A stretch of DNA of 64,000 bases from an uncultured Clostridium sp. (GTDB lineage Bacteria; Bacillota; Clostridia; TANB77; CAG-508). How positions within the stretch are numbered: position 1 is the first letter of the stretch; every line of letters begins with the position of its first letter. A program made the translations under genes and the position numbers. The notes beneath the pieces were generated by a model that saw only the letters and a list, made by a program, of their open reading frames with translations, made no database searches and was not told where the DNA came from. Positions 1 through 9,870 of this stretch are shown one piece after another. The DNA is taken from positions 67,487-131,486 of the forward strand of contig CANOVB010000005.1 in assembly GCA_947570695.1 (NCBI GenBank), in the 5' to 3' direction.

Positions 1-105
1 AGTAAACTCAAGAATTAGTTTTTGAAAGTAGAAAATATTAAAATTAAATTCTATTAAAAATAGAAATGATAGATAATTAGAGAATAAATTAAGGGAGGAA
101 TTTTT

Positions 106-2112
106 ATGAAAAAATTAAATAAGAAGATTATTTCAGCTACAGTATTACTTACATTATTAATTTATACAATGCCAATATTAGCTTTTACAAATGAAGAAAC
201 TGTTTATTCGAAATTAGATTCAAATGGTAAAAAATATAAAACAATAGTAAGTACTTTTTTAAATGAAGATGAAATCGTTCAAAATGAAGTTCAAAAGGAT
301 TTACCAGTTGATTGTAAAGTAAAATATGAATTAGATGGAAAGGAAATTTCGTCAGAAGAATTAGCAGGAAAAAATGGAAACGTAAAAATAACATTAGAGT
401 ATATTAATAAGTTAGAAAATGAAGTCGATATTAATGGAAAAAATGAAACATTGTATACACCATTTTTTGTAATTTCAGGAACAATAATTGATAATGAGAA
501 TAATAAAAATATTAAGATTTCAAATGGAAAACTCATTAATGATGGAAGCAAAACTATAGTAATGGGAATTGCAATGCCAGGAATACAAGAGAGTTTAAAT
601 ATTTCAAAAGAAGAAGTAGAGATTCCAAGTAAAATAGAAATTACTATGGATAGTACAAATTTTGAAATGGGAAACATAATGAGCTATTGCACACCCAAGA
701 TATTGGAAAATGGAGAAATAGATGATATTTTAGAAAAAACAGATGAGCTTTTTGAAAAAGTAAATGACCTTCAAGATGCAACTAACAAAATAGAAGATGG
801 AGCTATAAGATTAAATGATGGAGTTGTAGTTCTAAATGATGGAGCAAAAAAATTAAATAGTGGTGCAAATGAATTAAGTGATGGTGTTGGCACATTAAAA
901 AGTGGAACTTCTAAACTTACAACAGGTGCTAACTCTTTAAAAAACGGTGCAACAGAATATACATCCAAATCAAAAGAATTTAATGGGGCAGTAAATAGTT
1001 TAACTGGTGCAATAGGCACAATGAATTCAAGCTATGATGCTATTAATGGAGGTCTGGCAAGTTTAAATGCAAATGCTCCAACATTATCTGCTGGTGCAAA
1101 TTCTGTTAGCTCTGGTGCACAAGATTTATATAATGGACTAAATGCTCTTAATAGTACATTAAATGGAATACCAGTAACTAAAAGCACTTCAAATACAGTA
1201 TCAGTAACTCCGAACAACTCAGATAAAATATCAAAAATTCAAGGTATAACATCAAATAATGAAGATTTATTAGATACATTAAATGCAAATAATGAAGCAT
1301 TAAAAATAGTAGCAAGTACTTTAACAGATGAGAATGCTAAAGCAAGTATTGAAAGTCAAATAGCTGCAAATACAGCTACAATAGCAGCACTTAGAGGTAA
1401 TGATGCAGAACTAAATGGAGTAGCTACAAGTTTAAATGAACCAATAACTTATACTGCAAATAATACATCAGCAAATACAGATGTTATGAATACAATAAAA
1501 GGAACAATAGGAGTTCTAACAGAAGGTGCAAAAAAAGTTTCAGATGGTGCTTCGGCAGTTGCTAAAGGTGCAGGGGATGCACAAAGTGCTATATCAGCAT
1601 TAAGTGCAGGATCAAGTAATTTTAAAGGAGCATTAGATCAATTAAATTCCTCATCATCACAACTATTGTCAGCAAATAATAAATTAACAGAAGCAGCTGG
1701 AACAATAGCAAGTGGAGCAAATGAACTTGCAAATGGAGCAATAAGCTTAGACCAAGGTGCAAATAAATTATCAGACGGAACAAATAGTTTGAAAAATGGA
1801 ACTAATGATTTAGAATCAGGTACAAATACATTATTAAATGGAAGTAATGAATTAGTAGATGGAATAAAAAAATTTAATAATGAAGGAATAAAAGAAATTA
1901 ATAATTACGTAAATAAAGATTTAAAAAATACAGTAACAAGAATTGAAAAATTAGAAAACTTATCAGCAGACTTTAATAAATTTGGCTCAGAAGAGCAAAG
2001 AGAAGCTATTAAATTTATTAATATATTAGATAGTATAAAAACAAGTGCTAAAGAGGAAAAAGAGGAGGATATAATGTTAACAACTGGTGAAAAAGAAGAA
2101 AAGGAAAAATAA
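106..2112 (+). CDS. YhgE/Pip-like protein with N-terminal signal/TM segment and long X-X-X-Leu-X-X-Gly heptad-repeat region (phage-infection-protein / EsaA-like ectodomain); no C-terminal TM bundle
   Basis: RBS AAGGGAGGA 6 nt upstream of the ATG. Hydrophobic N-terminus. Many tandem LxxGxxxLxxG repeats (NDGxxxLNDGxxKLNSGxxELSDG...) typical of the YhgE/Pip N-terminal domain. Confidence 0.6.
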   Translation: MKKLNKKIISATVLLTLLIYTMPILAFTNEETVYSKLDSNGKKYKTIVSTFLNEDEIVQNEVQKDLPVDCKVKYELDGKEISSEELAGKNGNVKITLEYINKLENEVDINGKNETLYTPFFVISGTIIDNENNKNIKISNGKLINDGSKTIVMGIAMPGIQESLNISKEEVEIPSKIEITMDSTNFEMGNIMSYCTPKILENGEIDDILEKTDELFEKVNDLQDATNKIEDGAIRLNDGVVVLNDGAKKLNSGANELSDGVGTLKSGTSKLTTGANSLKNGATEYTSKSKEFNGAVNSLTGAIGTMNSSYDAINGGLASLNANAPTLSAGANSVSSGAQDLYNGLNALNSTLNGIPVTKSTSNTVSVTPNNSDKISKIQGITSNNEDLLDTLNANNEALKIVASTLTDENAKASIESQIAANTATIAALRGNDAELNGVATSLNEPITYTANNTSANTDVMNTIKGTIGVLTEGAKKVSDGASAVAKGAGDAQSAISALSAGSSNFKGALDQLNSSSSQLLSANNKLTEAAGTIASGANELANGAISLDQGANKLSDGTNSLKNGTNDLESGTNTLLNGSNELVDGIKKFNNEGIKEINNYVNKDLKNTVTRIEKLENLSADFNKFGSEEQREAIKFINILDSIKTSAKEEKEEDIMLTTGEKEEKEK

Positions 2113-2159
2113 AATATTTGTAAGTGTTTTGAAAAGATAGAATTTTAAGTTTATAATGG

Positions 2160-2200
2160 TAAATAAAAAAGTGGGTATTCAGGCTTCCCACTTTTTATTA
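2160..2200. terminator. bidirectional rho-independent terminator between convergent genes
   Basis: Hairpin AAAAGTGGG...CCCACTTTT flanked by A/T runs on both strands. Confidence 0.55.
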
Positions 2201-2218
2201 CATATTTATTTTAAAAAA

Positions 2219-4564
2219 TTAATTATTATTTGAGTTAAATGATGTTATTGCATCTTCATTATCGAACTTATAAGATAAATTTGATTCATTATTTTGAATT
2301 GGATCCATATCATTTGGATTATCTGGTTTAGCATGGAAATTAATATTTCTTAAATCAAATTTATTTTTGCTATAATCATCATTATCACTACCAGCTGTTG
2401 ATATTCCATTTGTAAATTTATTAAAATTATATTTTTTAATTTTTTGTTTTTCTTTATATCTTGATTCCAAGAAATCGATTTTTGCTTGACCAACAAGGTT
2501 TTTACCTTTTAAATCTTTTGTTTTATATATAATGAATTTAAATTTTAATGCCTGAACCTTACCAGCCTTAAAGTTTGGTATCCATTGCCACTTGATGCTC
2601 TTGTAAGTATCATCATATTTACCTTGATCTGTCTTATAATCATGAGTAAACATCCAACGTCTCTTATCTCCAAGTTCTTTTTCCCACCATTCATTATCTT
2701 CTGGGGTGTTATTACCAAATATAACTTTAGTAGTACAGTTAGCTAAAATTGTTTGTCTAAAGTTATAATCATTTTTAATACCAAATTGTGATAAGTTTTG
2801 AGATGATATAATTGTTCCAACTCTATATTTTCTATATAAAGTAAATATATCTTCTGTTGCTTTACATACAAAAGGTGGAAATTCATCAATATATAGGAAG
2901 TGGGGGATTCTAGTTTTTTCGTTTCCTGGTCTAGATAATACTGATTGTTGCATAAGTAGTATAAAGAATAGACCAAAAGCTTTGTGTATACTAGCTCCTA
3001 AATCGCCACGTCGTGTACATACTAAAGTTACATCTCCATTTACTAAAGCTTTATCATAATTTAAATTATTTGCTCTGTTACATAATATATTTCTAACACC
3101 TGGATACCTAAGTAGATTTTCAAGTTGTGAAGCAGAAGCTTGTAAGTATCTTGCTGTTTCTTCACGACCTTGAGCAGTTTTATAGAATGTTTTCTTAAAG
3201 TATCCAAGCTGAATTTTATATTCTTCAGCAAGTTCTGGATATTGCTTCATTTGTTCTGCCATTTGTTCTATTAAATCAAAATCATTTAATAGTTCTAATA
3301 AATCTTCTAAGTTTGGAAGTAAGCCTTCATGTTCTCTAGGATAAACTTCTTTTAACATTAATACTAAATTTTCAATGGCTTGAGTAACTATATTTTCCAT
3401 AAAAGCTTCATCATGATTTCCAAAATTTGGTACTTCTTCAGATGCGTACATTCTTTTTAGGATAGAAGATATAGCTATTGAAGTTTTCATAGGATCTTCA
3501 TAAGTGAATGGATTTAATCCTATAGAGCTATTGTCATTTGGGTCTATGATATGATATTTAACACCAAAGTTATTTGCAATATCCTTTACATGAGTTATTG
3601 ATTCATAATCAGGAGCCATATAAGTTATACCAAGATTTTTGTAAATTGAATTTTCACCATCATAATTATAAAGCATTTTTGCAAAATATGCTTTGAAAAC
3701 TTTTTCTTTACTTGGTACAGGTGTAATCATATTTAAATTAAAGTTTTCATTTATATAATCATTAGAAAAAGGACAAGAAAGAGTAGCTATATTAGTACGC
3801 AATGCTGTATATCCTAATTCTTTTGAAGTTTCTTTGAAAAAATATTTTTTCTCTAAATCTCTTGCAATCATTGGCTCAAACATCATTGAAGTTTTTCCTG
3901 AACCAGATACACCAACAATTAAAGTAGATTCAAAACGCCTAGATTCTGGAGTTTTGATTGTTTTTCCAGTTTCTCTGTCTCTACATAAGAACATTTCACA
4001 AGTAAATGGACCCATTCCAATAGATTTGTCTGATAAATCTATTCCGCCATAATCCCAAATTGATTCTTTAATGTATAATGTGTCATCAACTTTTGTATAT
4101 AACCATTTAAAAAATGGGAATATTGTACATACTGGAATATACCAAGCAAATGCTGAAAAAGCAGGCTTTATTAAATCCATAAAATTTGCAATAATATAAG
4201 AATAGTTTGGTACAGAGAAAAGTAATAACCATCCTAAATGGTTTATCCATTGAACAATCATTGATATTACTACTATATGTAACGCTGAAGCGTATATATA
4301 AAAGAAAGATGTTTTTGTGTATTTATCTGTAGCAAATTTTGATGAAGGAGAGAAGTAAAATGCAAATACTGGACATGCTAAAGCTAGTGTATATGTTATT
4401 GGACCCCAATAAGATACAGATAATCCAGAGAAAACTATAAATAGTACTTCTACAATTCTGTCAACACAAATATAGATAGAAATCAATGTTAAAATATAAG
4501 TAGCAAAGGTATTCCTATCAGTTTTTAATAATTTCAAAAATTTATCAATGTATTTCATAATCAT
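2219..4564 (-). CDS. membrane-anchored P-loop NTPase, TraG/TraD/VirD4 (type IV coupling protein)-like; about five N-terminal TM helices, then an ATPase domain
   Basis: RBS AAAGAGGA upstream of the ATG. Hydrophobic N-terminal ~170 aa. Walker A IVGVSGSGKTS and a Walker-B-like FLYIDEFPPF about 340 aa later; the long A-B spacing fits T4CP better than FtsK. Low-complexity C-terminal tail. Confidence 0.45.
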   Translation of the reverse strand: MIMKYIDKFLKLLKTDRNTFATYILTLISIYICVDRIVEVLFIVFSGLSVSYWGPITYTLALACPVFAFYFSPSSKFATDKYTKTSFFYIYASALHIVVISMIVQWINHLGWLLLFSVPNYSYIIANFMDLIKPAFSAFAWYIPVCTIFPFFKWLYTKVDDTLYIKESIWDYGGIDLSDKSIGMGPFTCEMFLCRDRETGKTIKTPESRRFESTLIVGVSGSGKTSMMFEPMIARDLEKKYFFKETSKELGYTALRTNIATLSCPFSNDYINENFNLNMITPVPSKEKVFKAYFAKMLYNYDGENSIYKNLGITYMAPDYESITHVKDIANNFGVKYHIIDPNDNSSIGLNPFTYEDPMKTSIAISSILKRMYASEEVPNFGNHDEAFMENIVTQAIENLVLMLKEVYPREHEGLLPNLEDLLELLNDFDLIEQMAEQMKQYPELAEEYKIQLGYFKKTFYKTAQGREETARYLQASASQLENLLRYPGVRNILCNRANNLNYDKALVNGDVTLVCTRRGDLGASIHKAFGLFFILLMQQSVLSRPGNEKTRIPHFLYIDEFPPFVCKATEDIFTLYRKYRVGTIISSQNLSQFGIKNDYNFRQTILANCTTKVIFGNNTPEDNEWWEKELGDKRRWMFTHDYKTDQGKYDDTYKSIKWQWIPNFKAGKVQALKFKFIIYKTKDLKGKNLVGQAKIDFLESRYKEKQKIKKYNFNKFTNGISTAGSDNDDYSKNKFDLRNINFHAKPDNPNDMDPIQNNESNLSYKFDNEDAITSFNSNNN

Positions 4565-4731
4565 AATTAAATTCCTCTTTATAAAAAACTATACATATAT
4601 ATTATCTTACAAAATGGGAAAAAAATCAAGCTTTTTGGCAAAAAAACCTTGATTTCCGTAAGAAAAATAAGAATAAAAATATAAATTTTTAATAAAATTT
4701 AATAAAAATTGATTTTGAGAGAGGGAAAGTC

Positions 4732-6288
4732 TTGAAAAAAATAGAAATTACCGATTTTTTTAAAGGAATAATATCATTAGTAATATCTCAAATTCTTATA
4801 AAAATTTTTGGAGTTATTTATAGTTTATATATAACAAATAAAAATGGATTTGGAGATGAAGGAAATGCTATATATATGAGCGGATATCAGATATATGCAT
4901 TATTACTTACAATATCTTCTATTGGAGTTCCGAATGCAATTTCTAAAATTATTTCGGAGAAAAAATCCATAAAAGATTACACAAATTTAGAAAGAATATT
5001 CAAAATATCAGTATTTGTTTTTGCAGTAATTGGATTTTTTGGAACAGTTACATTATTTATTTTTTCTGGTTTTATTGCTGAAAACATTTTACAAATACCA
5101 GAAACAAAATTGAGTTTAATGGTTTTATCGCCAGCAATATTTTTTGTTTCAATAAGTTCTGTTGTTAGAGGATATTGCAATGGAGAGAATAAAATATATG
5201 TTACAGCCAAATCGCAGTTTTTTGAACAAATAATCAAATCAGTATTAACAATTACACTTGTAGAAATATTATCAAGATTTCCAAATTCAAATACAGAAAT
5301 TTTAGCTGCAATCGCAAATTTTGCAACAACTTTAGCGACTTTTTGTAGCCTAATGTACATATTAAAAAAGTATAGAAAAATAAAAAAACAAAATATATAT
5401 TTAAGTAAATATAATTTTCCTAAAGAAAGAATATTTACTATAATAAGAAAAGTTTTGATAATATCAATTCCTATGACTACAAGTGCTATTTTAACATCAT
5501 TAGGAAAAAATGTTGATTCTGTTACAGTAGTTAGAATACTTAAAAATATTTTAGGAGAAGAAACTGCAATTATAAAATATGGAATATTAAGTTCTAAAGT
5601 GGATATATTAATAGCATTACCATTATCATTTAATATTGCAATTTCAACAGCGTTAATACCAGAAATATCCAGAAAGAAGGCAATTAATGATATATCAGGA
5701 ATAGTAAAAAAAATAGAAACTTCTATATTAATTACTATTATAATAGGAATACCATCTACATTTGGAATGTGTTTTTATTCTGAGCAAATTTTTGATTTAT
5801 TATATCCAAGAGCAAATGAAGGAGCAATTTTACTTAGCATAGCATCTTTTAGTATAATATTTTCATTACTTGTACAGACTATAAATGGAATCCTTCAAGG
5901 TCTGGGGAAAAATAATGTACCAGTTTTAGCATCAGTAATTGGATTATTAGTAAAAATATTTTCTAATATAATATTAATAAGAGTAGAGGGAATATATGAA
6001 AAAGGAGCAATTATAGGAAATATATTATCAAATATAGTTTCATTTATAATTGTATATATTGCATTAATAAGAAATATTGATATAAAATTAAATTTGCTTA
6101 AAAAAGGGATAAAACCTATTTTAGCAAGTGCGATTATGATATTTTTTTCATTAAAAATATATAATTTTTTAGTATTAAAAAATATAAATATTAATATTTG
6201 TACAATAAGTTCTATTTTCTTTGCTATACTAATTTATATTTTTTGCTGCTTTTTTATGAAAATTTTAAAGAAAAATGAAATCTCGTGA
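4732..6288 (+). CDS. MOP-superfamily flippase, stage V sporulation protein B (SpoVB)/MurJ-like polytopic membrane protein
   Basis: TTG start with RBS GAGAGGGAAAG. 518 aa with about 14 predicted TM segments. Size and organisation match SpoVB. Confidence 0.55.
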   Translation: MKKIEITDFFKGIISLVISQILIKIFGVIYSLYITNKNGFGDEGNAIYMSGYQIYALLLTISSIGVPNAISKIISEKKSIKDYTNLERIFKISVFVFAVIGFFGTVTLFIFSGFIAENILQIPETKLSLMVLSPAIFFVSISSVVRGYCNGENKIYVTAKSQFFEQIIKSVLTITLVEILSRFPNSNTEILAAIANFATTLATFCSLMYILKKYRKIKKQNIYLSKYNFPKERIFTIIRKVLIISIPMTTSAILTSLGKNVDSVTVVRILKNILGEETAIIKYGILSSKVDILIALPLSFNIAISTALIPEISRKKAINDISGIVKKIETSILITIIIGIPSTFGMCFYSEQIFDLLYPRANEGAILLSIASFSIIFSLLVQTINGILQGLGKNNVPVLASVIGLLVKIFSNIILIRVEGIYEKGAIIGNILSNIVSFIIVYIALIRNIDIKLNLLKKGIKPILASAIMIFFSLKIYNFLVLKNININICTISSIFFAILIYIFCCFFMKILKKNEIS

Positions 6289-6470
6289 AAGCCTTATAAA
6301 TAGCAGACAAACCGGAAAAAAATTCTTAAAAAAGCTGAAAAATAAGTAAATTTTTCAAAAAAAAATAAAAAAAAGAAGGATTTTAGCACATTTTGGCGAA
6401 TAAAAATATTGTAGAACAAATTAATAGATATTCTACATAACACTAAAATCTATTAGGAGGTAATTTTAAA

Positions 6471-6749
6471 ATGAACAAAGCTGAATTAATCGCAGCAATA
6501 GCTGCAAAAACAGGAGAAACAAAAAAATCTGCAGAAGAATCTGTAAACGCATTTGTTAGCGTAGTAACAGAATCTTTAACAAAAGGTGAGAAAGTTCAAT
6601 TAGTTGGATTTGGATCTTTTGAAGTAAGAAAAAGAGCAGCTAGAAAAGGAAGAAACCCACAAACTAAAGAAGAAATCAAAATACCTGCATCAAAAGCTCC
6701 AGTATTTAAAGCTGGAAAAGCATTAAAAGATTTAGTAAATAAAAAATAG
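6471..6749 (+). CDS. hup: DNA-binding protein HU
   Basis: 92 aa. [11 protein letters not shown]...[20 protein letters not shown] is the canonical HU/IHF fold sequence. RBS GGAGGT. Confidence 0.9.
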   Translation: MNKAELIAAIAAKTGETKKSAEESVNAFVSVVTESLTKGEKVQLVGFGSFEVRKRAARKGRNPQTKEEIKIPASKAPVFKAGKALKDLVNKK

Positions 6750-6789
6750 GAATTATATAAAGTTTATATGAATTCATAGGAAAGTAGTG

Positions 6790-6822
6790 CTAAGGTGGCA
6801 CTGCTTTTTTATTTAGTAGAAA
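6790..6822 (+). terminator. rho-independent terminator downstream of hup
   Basis: GTGC...GCAC hairpin followed by TGCTTTTTTATTT. Confidence 0.5.
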
Positions 6823-6839
6823 AGAGCTATGCATCATAC

Positions 6840-7040
6840 TAAATAAAAGCTTGCGCTAATTTTACACACAAATTTAATAATGCCAATATTAAAAATATTG
6901 ATATACTGATACTGTAATAGCTAAAACTTAAATAGTATTAGTAATTTTGTGTGAGCGAACATTTCTTAATTATGTGAAATGAGCTACAGATAAGTTATTG
7001 CAGAGGAAAGATGTGGACAATTTAGAAAAGTTTTATCTTT
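6840..7040. repeat. copy of a mosaic dispersed intergenic repeat family (contains the CTACAGATAAGTTATTGCAGAG and CAATATTAAAAATATTGATATACTGAT modules)
   Basis: Shares 20-70 bp blocks with 8880-9070, 13600-13930, 21225-21320, 28620-28880 and 57620-57730. Confidence 0.55.
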
Positions 7041-7212
7041 TACATATAATATTTAGGCAATTTAGAAAAAAGTTTATTTTGCATATTAAGTATTTTTAGC
7101 TTTGTTTAAAAAATAAGTTTTATAGTTTTCTTGAAAAAACATATAAGTAATGATAACATAATAAAAAACAATTTATTTGTATTTTATTAAAAATAAAGAA
7201 ATGGTGGATATT

Positions 7213-7704
7213 ATGAAAAAAACTCTAAAAGTTATTTGTATAATTTGTGTAATAAGTTTAATTATTCTATTTACAATTAAAAATTTAAAAAAGAGTAATA
7301 ATTTAGAAAGAGATTTTGAAAAAGAACAGCAGGTTTTAGCAATAATAGAGGAAGATAGAAATAATTATATGGGACAAGGTGATGAATATATATCATATTG
7401 GGCTCCTAAACAAGCTATTTTAGATGAAGAAATAGATAAGCTTTTTATAAGACATTTAGAAGAAAAATACTATGAAGAATTAATGAATAATATTTCTAGT
7501 GAAATGAAAGAAAATTCTAGTGAAATTCCAAAAAGTACAAAAAAATTAGTAAGAGAAGCAATAAATTTATATAATGGAAATAAAATTACAGATTATGAAA
7601 AAGAAGTCTTAAAATATATTTTTGAAGGAATATATTTTACAGTTTCCACTGAAGATAGTAAGCTAGCGGATGAATTAAATACAACTGGAATAGAATTTAA
7701 ATAA
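7213..7704 (+). CDS. hypothetical membrane-anchored protein (single N-terminal TM)
   Basis: ORF with an internal ATG at 7213 preceded by AAATGGTGGA. Hydrophobic N-terminus KKTLKVICIICVISLIILF. Confidence 0.45.
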   Translation: MKKTLKVICIICVISLIILFTIKNLKKSNNLERDFEKEQQVLAIIEEDRNNYMGQGDEYISYWAPKQAILDEEIDKLFIRHLEEKYYEELMNNISSEMKENSSEIPKSTKKLVREAINLYNGNKITDYEKEVLKYIFEGIYFTVSTEDSKLADELNTTGIEFK

Positions 7705-7777
7705 AAGTATTGCAAAAAGAAATTAGTAATAATATAATATAAGTGATTTTACAAAGGATAAATGGAGGTGTAGCAAA

Positions 7778-8218
7778 GTGGAACAATATGAAGTAATTTT
7801 TCTAGATGAAGATAGAAAAACAATTCTTGATCGTCAATTTATAAACAGTGGAGAAGCTGTAAAATATAATGGAAAAACACCTGTTAAAGAACCAACAAAT
7901 CAAGTAAAGTATACTTTTTCTGGTTGGACAGGCGAAGAAAAAATGAGTTCAGTTCAAGAAAAACTTGTATTAATAGCAAAATATTCAGCAGAAACAGTTA
8001 CTGCCTCAAAAGATGAAAATGCAATGTTAGAAGCTTCTTTAGCTAATGCAGAAAATACAAATTTAAATGCTACTATAGAAGCTGGTCAAAAAGTTAATGA
8101 ACAGAGTAAAGCCCTAGAAAAAGATTCAAGAACAGCAGAAGAAATAGTAAATGACGTTTTAGAAAATGGAAAAACAGAAATAGGACAAGAAGTAAATAAA
8201 GATAATATAGAAAGATAA
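7778..8218 (+). CDS. hypothetical cytoplasmic protein with one Listeria/Bacteroides (Flg_new-type) repeat
   Basis: GTG start 7 nt after GGAGGTG. YEVIFLDEDRKTILDRQFINSGEAVKYNGKTPVKEPTNQVKYTFSGWTGE fits the YxVxF...G...P..P.K.GYTFxGW repeat pattern. No signal peptide. Confidence 0.45.
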   Translation: MEQYEVIFLDEDRKTILDRQFINSGEAVKYNGKTPVKEPTNQVKYTFSGWTGEEKMSSVQEKLVLIAKYSAETVTASKDENAMLEASLANAENTNLNATIEAGQKVNEQSKALEKDSRTAEEIVNDVLENGKTEIGQEVNKDNIER

Positions 8219-8244
8219 ATACAAATGATAGTGAGGGGTTACAA

Positions 8245-8844
8245 ATGAGTGTTGTAATTACGATTGATGACATACGAGCTTATGCAGAAGTTGATTATAT
8301 TATTAATCATATGAATCAAAAATACATAGATAAAGTTCCTAAAAAAATTTTAGCTTTTTTTTCTGAGCTTAAAGATCCAAATTATTATGTAAAAGTTGAC
8401 CCTTATGTGCCACTTCAAAATCAAGGTTTAAAAAGGTATACTTTAGAAATAATTGCATTATTACATTTAAAATATTGGTGTGAAGATGAAGAAAGAAAAA
8501 AAGAATTATATGGTATAATGCTTCGTAATCAAGAAAAATTAGAAGAGCAAATGAGAGATAAATTTAGCGTAGATAAATTATTTGGAAATAATTCATCAGA
8601 TGAAAAGACTGAAGGACAAGAAAAAGAAGATTTTACGAAACCTAGAGTTGTTCAAAGATATAGCCAATATACAGAGCAAAATACTGATATACAAGATTTT
8701 ACTGATCATGTTGAAGAAACTAATATAGCACAATCAGAAAATAATTTAGTTTCAGAAACTAATATTTTAAAAGCAAAAAGTTTTTTTGAAAAAATAAAAG
8801 AAAAGATTTTATCAATTTTTAGCAAAAAAGAAAAAAGTAATTAA
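8245..8844 (+). CDS. hypothetical protein
   Basis: ORF with RBS GTGAGGGG. No recognisable motif. Confidence 0.45.
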   Translation: MSVVITIDDIRAYAEVDYIINHMNQKYIDKVPKKILAFFSELKDPNYYVKVDPYVPLQNQGLKRYTLEIIALLHLKYWCEDEERKKELYGIMLRNQEKLEEQMRDKFSVDKLFGNNSSDEKTEGQEKEDFTKPRVVQRYSQYTEQNTDIQDFTDHVEETNIAQSENNLVSETNILKAKSFFEKIKEKILSIFSKKEKSN

Positions 8845-8879
8845 ATAGTAAAAGAAGAACTTTTTAAAGTTCTTTTTTA

Positions 8880-9070
8880 TATTATAGGAAATTGCTAAAA
8901 AATTCTAAAAGCTTCGCCAAAATTTGAGCACAATTTTACTATGTAAAATTGGTGCAAAAACATTTCTTAGATGTAGCAAATGAAATGAACTACAGATAAG
9001 TTATTGCAGAGAAAAGGAGAGGACATTTGCGTTTGTTTTTTGCAATTATCATAATGTACTCTTTTGTTTT
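8880..9070. repeat. copy of the mosaic dispersed intergenic repeat family, in direct orientation relative to the 6960-7030 copy
   Basis: ACATTTCTTAGATGTAGCAAATGAAATGAACTACAGATAAGTTATTGCAGAGAAAAGGAGAGGACATTTGCG is about 85% identical to 6960-7030. The GCACAATTTTACTATGTAAAATTG block is also present at 13810-13840. Confidence 0.55.
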
Positions 9071-9150
9071 TTAGAAGAATATGCAATTAAATAAAATACA
9101 TTTTAAATATTATTTACTTTTATACTTTTGAGAAAAAATATGATAAAGTA

Positions 9151-9179
9151 TTGACAAACATTAAAAAAAGTAGTAATAT
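9151..9179 (+). promoter_or_regulatory. sigma-A-type promoter of the infC-rpmI-rplT operon
   Basis: TTGACA, 17 bp spacer, TAATAT. Followed by a hairpin-rich leader (9190-9250) that could be the L20 autoregulatory site. Confidence 0.5.
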
Positions 9180-9333
9180 ATTAATGTTTTAAGAAGAAGT
9201 ATCCACTTCTCACCTTATCTTAAGTTAAGAGCATAAGGTTAGAATTTAAATAGTTATGATTAATATAATTATTGGAATTAGTATGTGGATTTGGCTTTTT
9301 AAAATAAGTCAAATTTTTTTTTGGAGGTGTTTT

Positions 9334-9846
9334 ATTATAAAACAAGAATTGCCTATAAATAGACAAATAAGAGAAAAAGAAGTTCAAGTAATTAGTGATA
9401 CAGGAGAAAAATTAGGAGTTCTTTCTTTAGATGCAGCATTAGAGCTTGCAGAAGAAAAGAATTTAGATTTAGTATTAGTTTCACCAAATGCAAGTCCAGT
9501 AGTTTGTAAATTAATGAACTATGGAAAATACAAATTTGAACAAGCTAAGAAAGAAAAAGAGTCTAGGAAGAATCAAAAAACTGTTGAATTAAAAGAAATA
9601 AGGGTTACTCCTAATATAGGAGACCATGACTTTGGATTTAAAAGTAAAAATGCTAGAGCTTTTTTAGAGGCTGGTAATAAAGTAAAATTTACTGTTAGAT
9701 TTAGAGGAAGAGAATTAAATAATGTTAAAGCTGGTGAAACAGTTTTAAATAAATTTGTTGAAGATTTAGCTGATATTTCAACAGTAGAGAAAAAGCCATT
9801 TTTGGAAGGTAAGACAATGTTTGTAATTTTAACAAAAAAAATATAA
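9334..9846 (+). CDS. infC: translation initiation factor IF-3
   Basis: IIKQELPINRQIREKEVQVISDTGEKLGVL and the rest match IF-3. GGAGGTG lies at 9324-9330, so the likely start is non-AUG (ATT/ATA) as in other infC genes. The ATG at 9256 adds an implausible hydrophobic N-terminus. Confidence 0.8.
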   Translation: MIKQELPINRQIREKEVQVISDTGEKLGVLSLDAALELAEEKNLDLVLVSPNASPVVCKLMNYGKYKFEQAKKEKESRKNQKTVELKEIRVTPNIGDHDFGFKSKNARAFLEAGNKVKFTVRFRGRELNNVKAGETVLNKFVEDLADISTVEKKPFLEGKTMFVILTKKI

Positions 9847-9870
9847 AAAAATGTGAAGGGAGATTTCAAA

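Noticed and set aside
185-1217. Four small minus-strand ORFs (61-128 aa) inside the YhgE/Pip-like gene
   Set aside because: Embedded antisense ORFs in AT-rich repeat-coding DNA with no RBS. Their translations are hydrophobic low-complexity artefacts.
9256-9333. ATG at 9256 as the infC start
   Set aside because: It adds a hydrophobic 27-aa N-terminus absent from IF-3. A strong GGAGGTG lies at 9324-9330 just before an ATT/ATA, consistent with the non-AUG infC start known from other bacteria.
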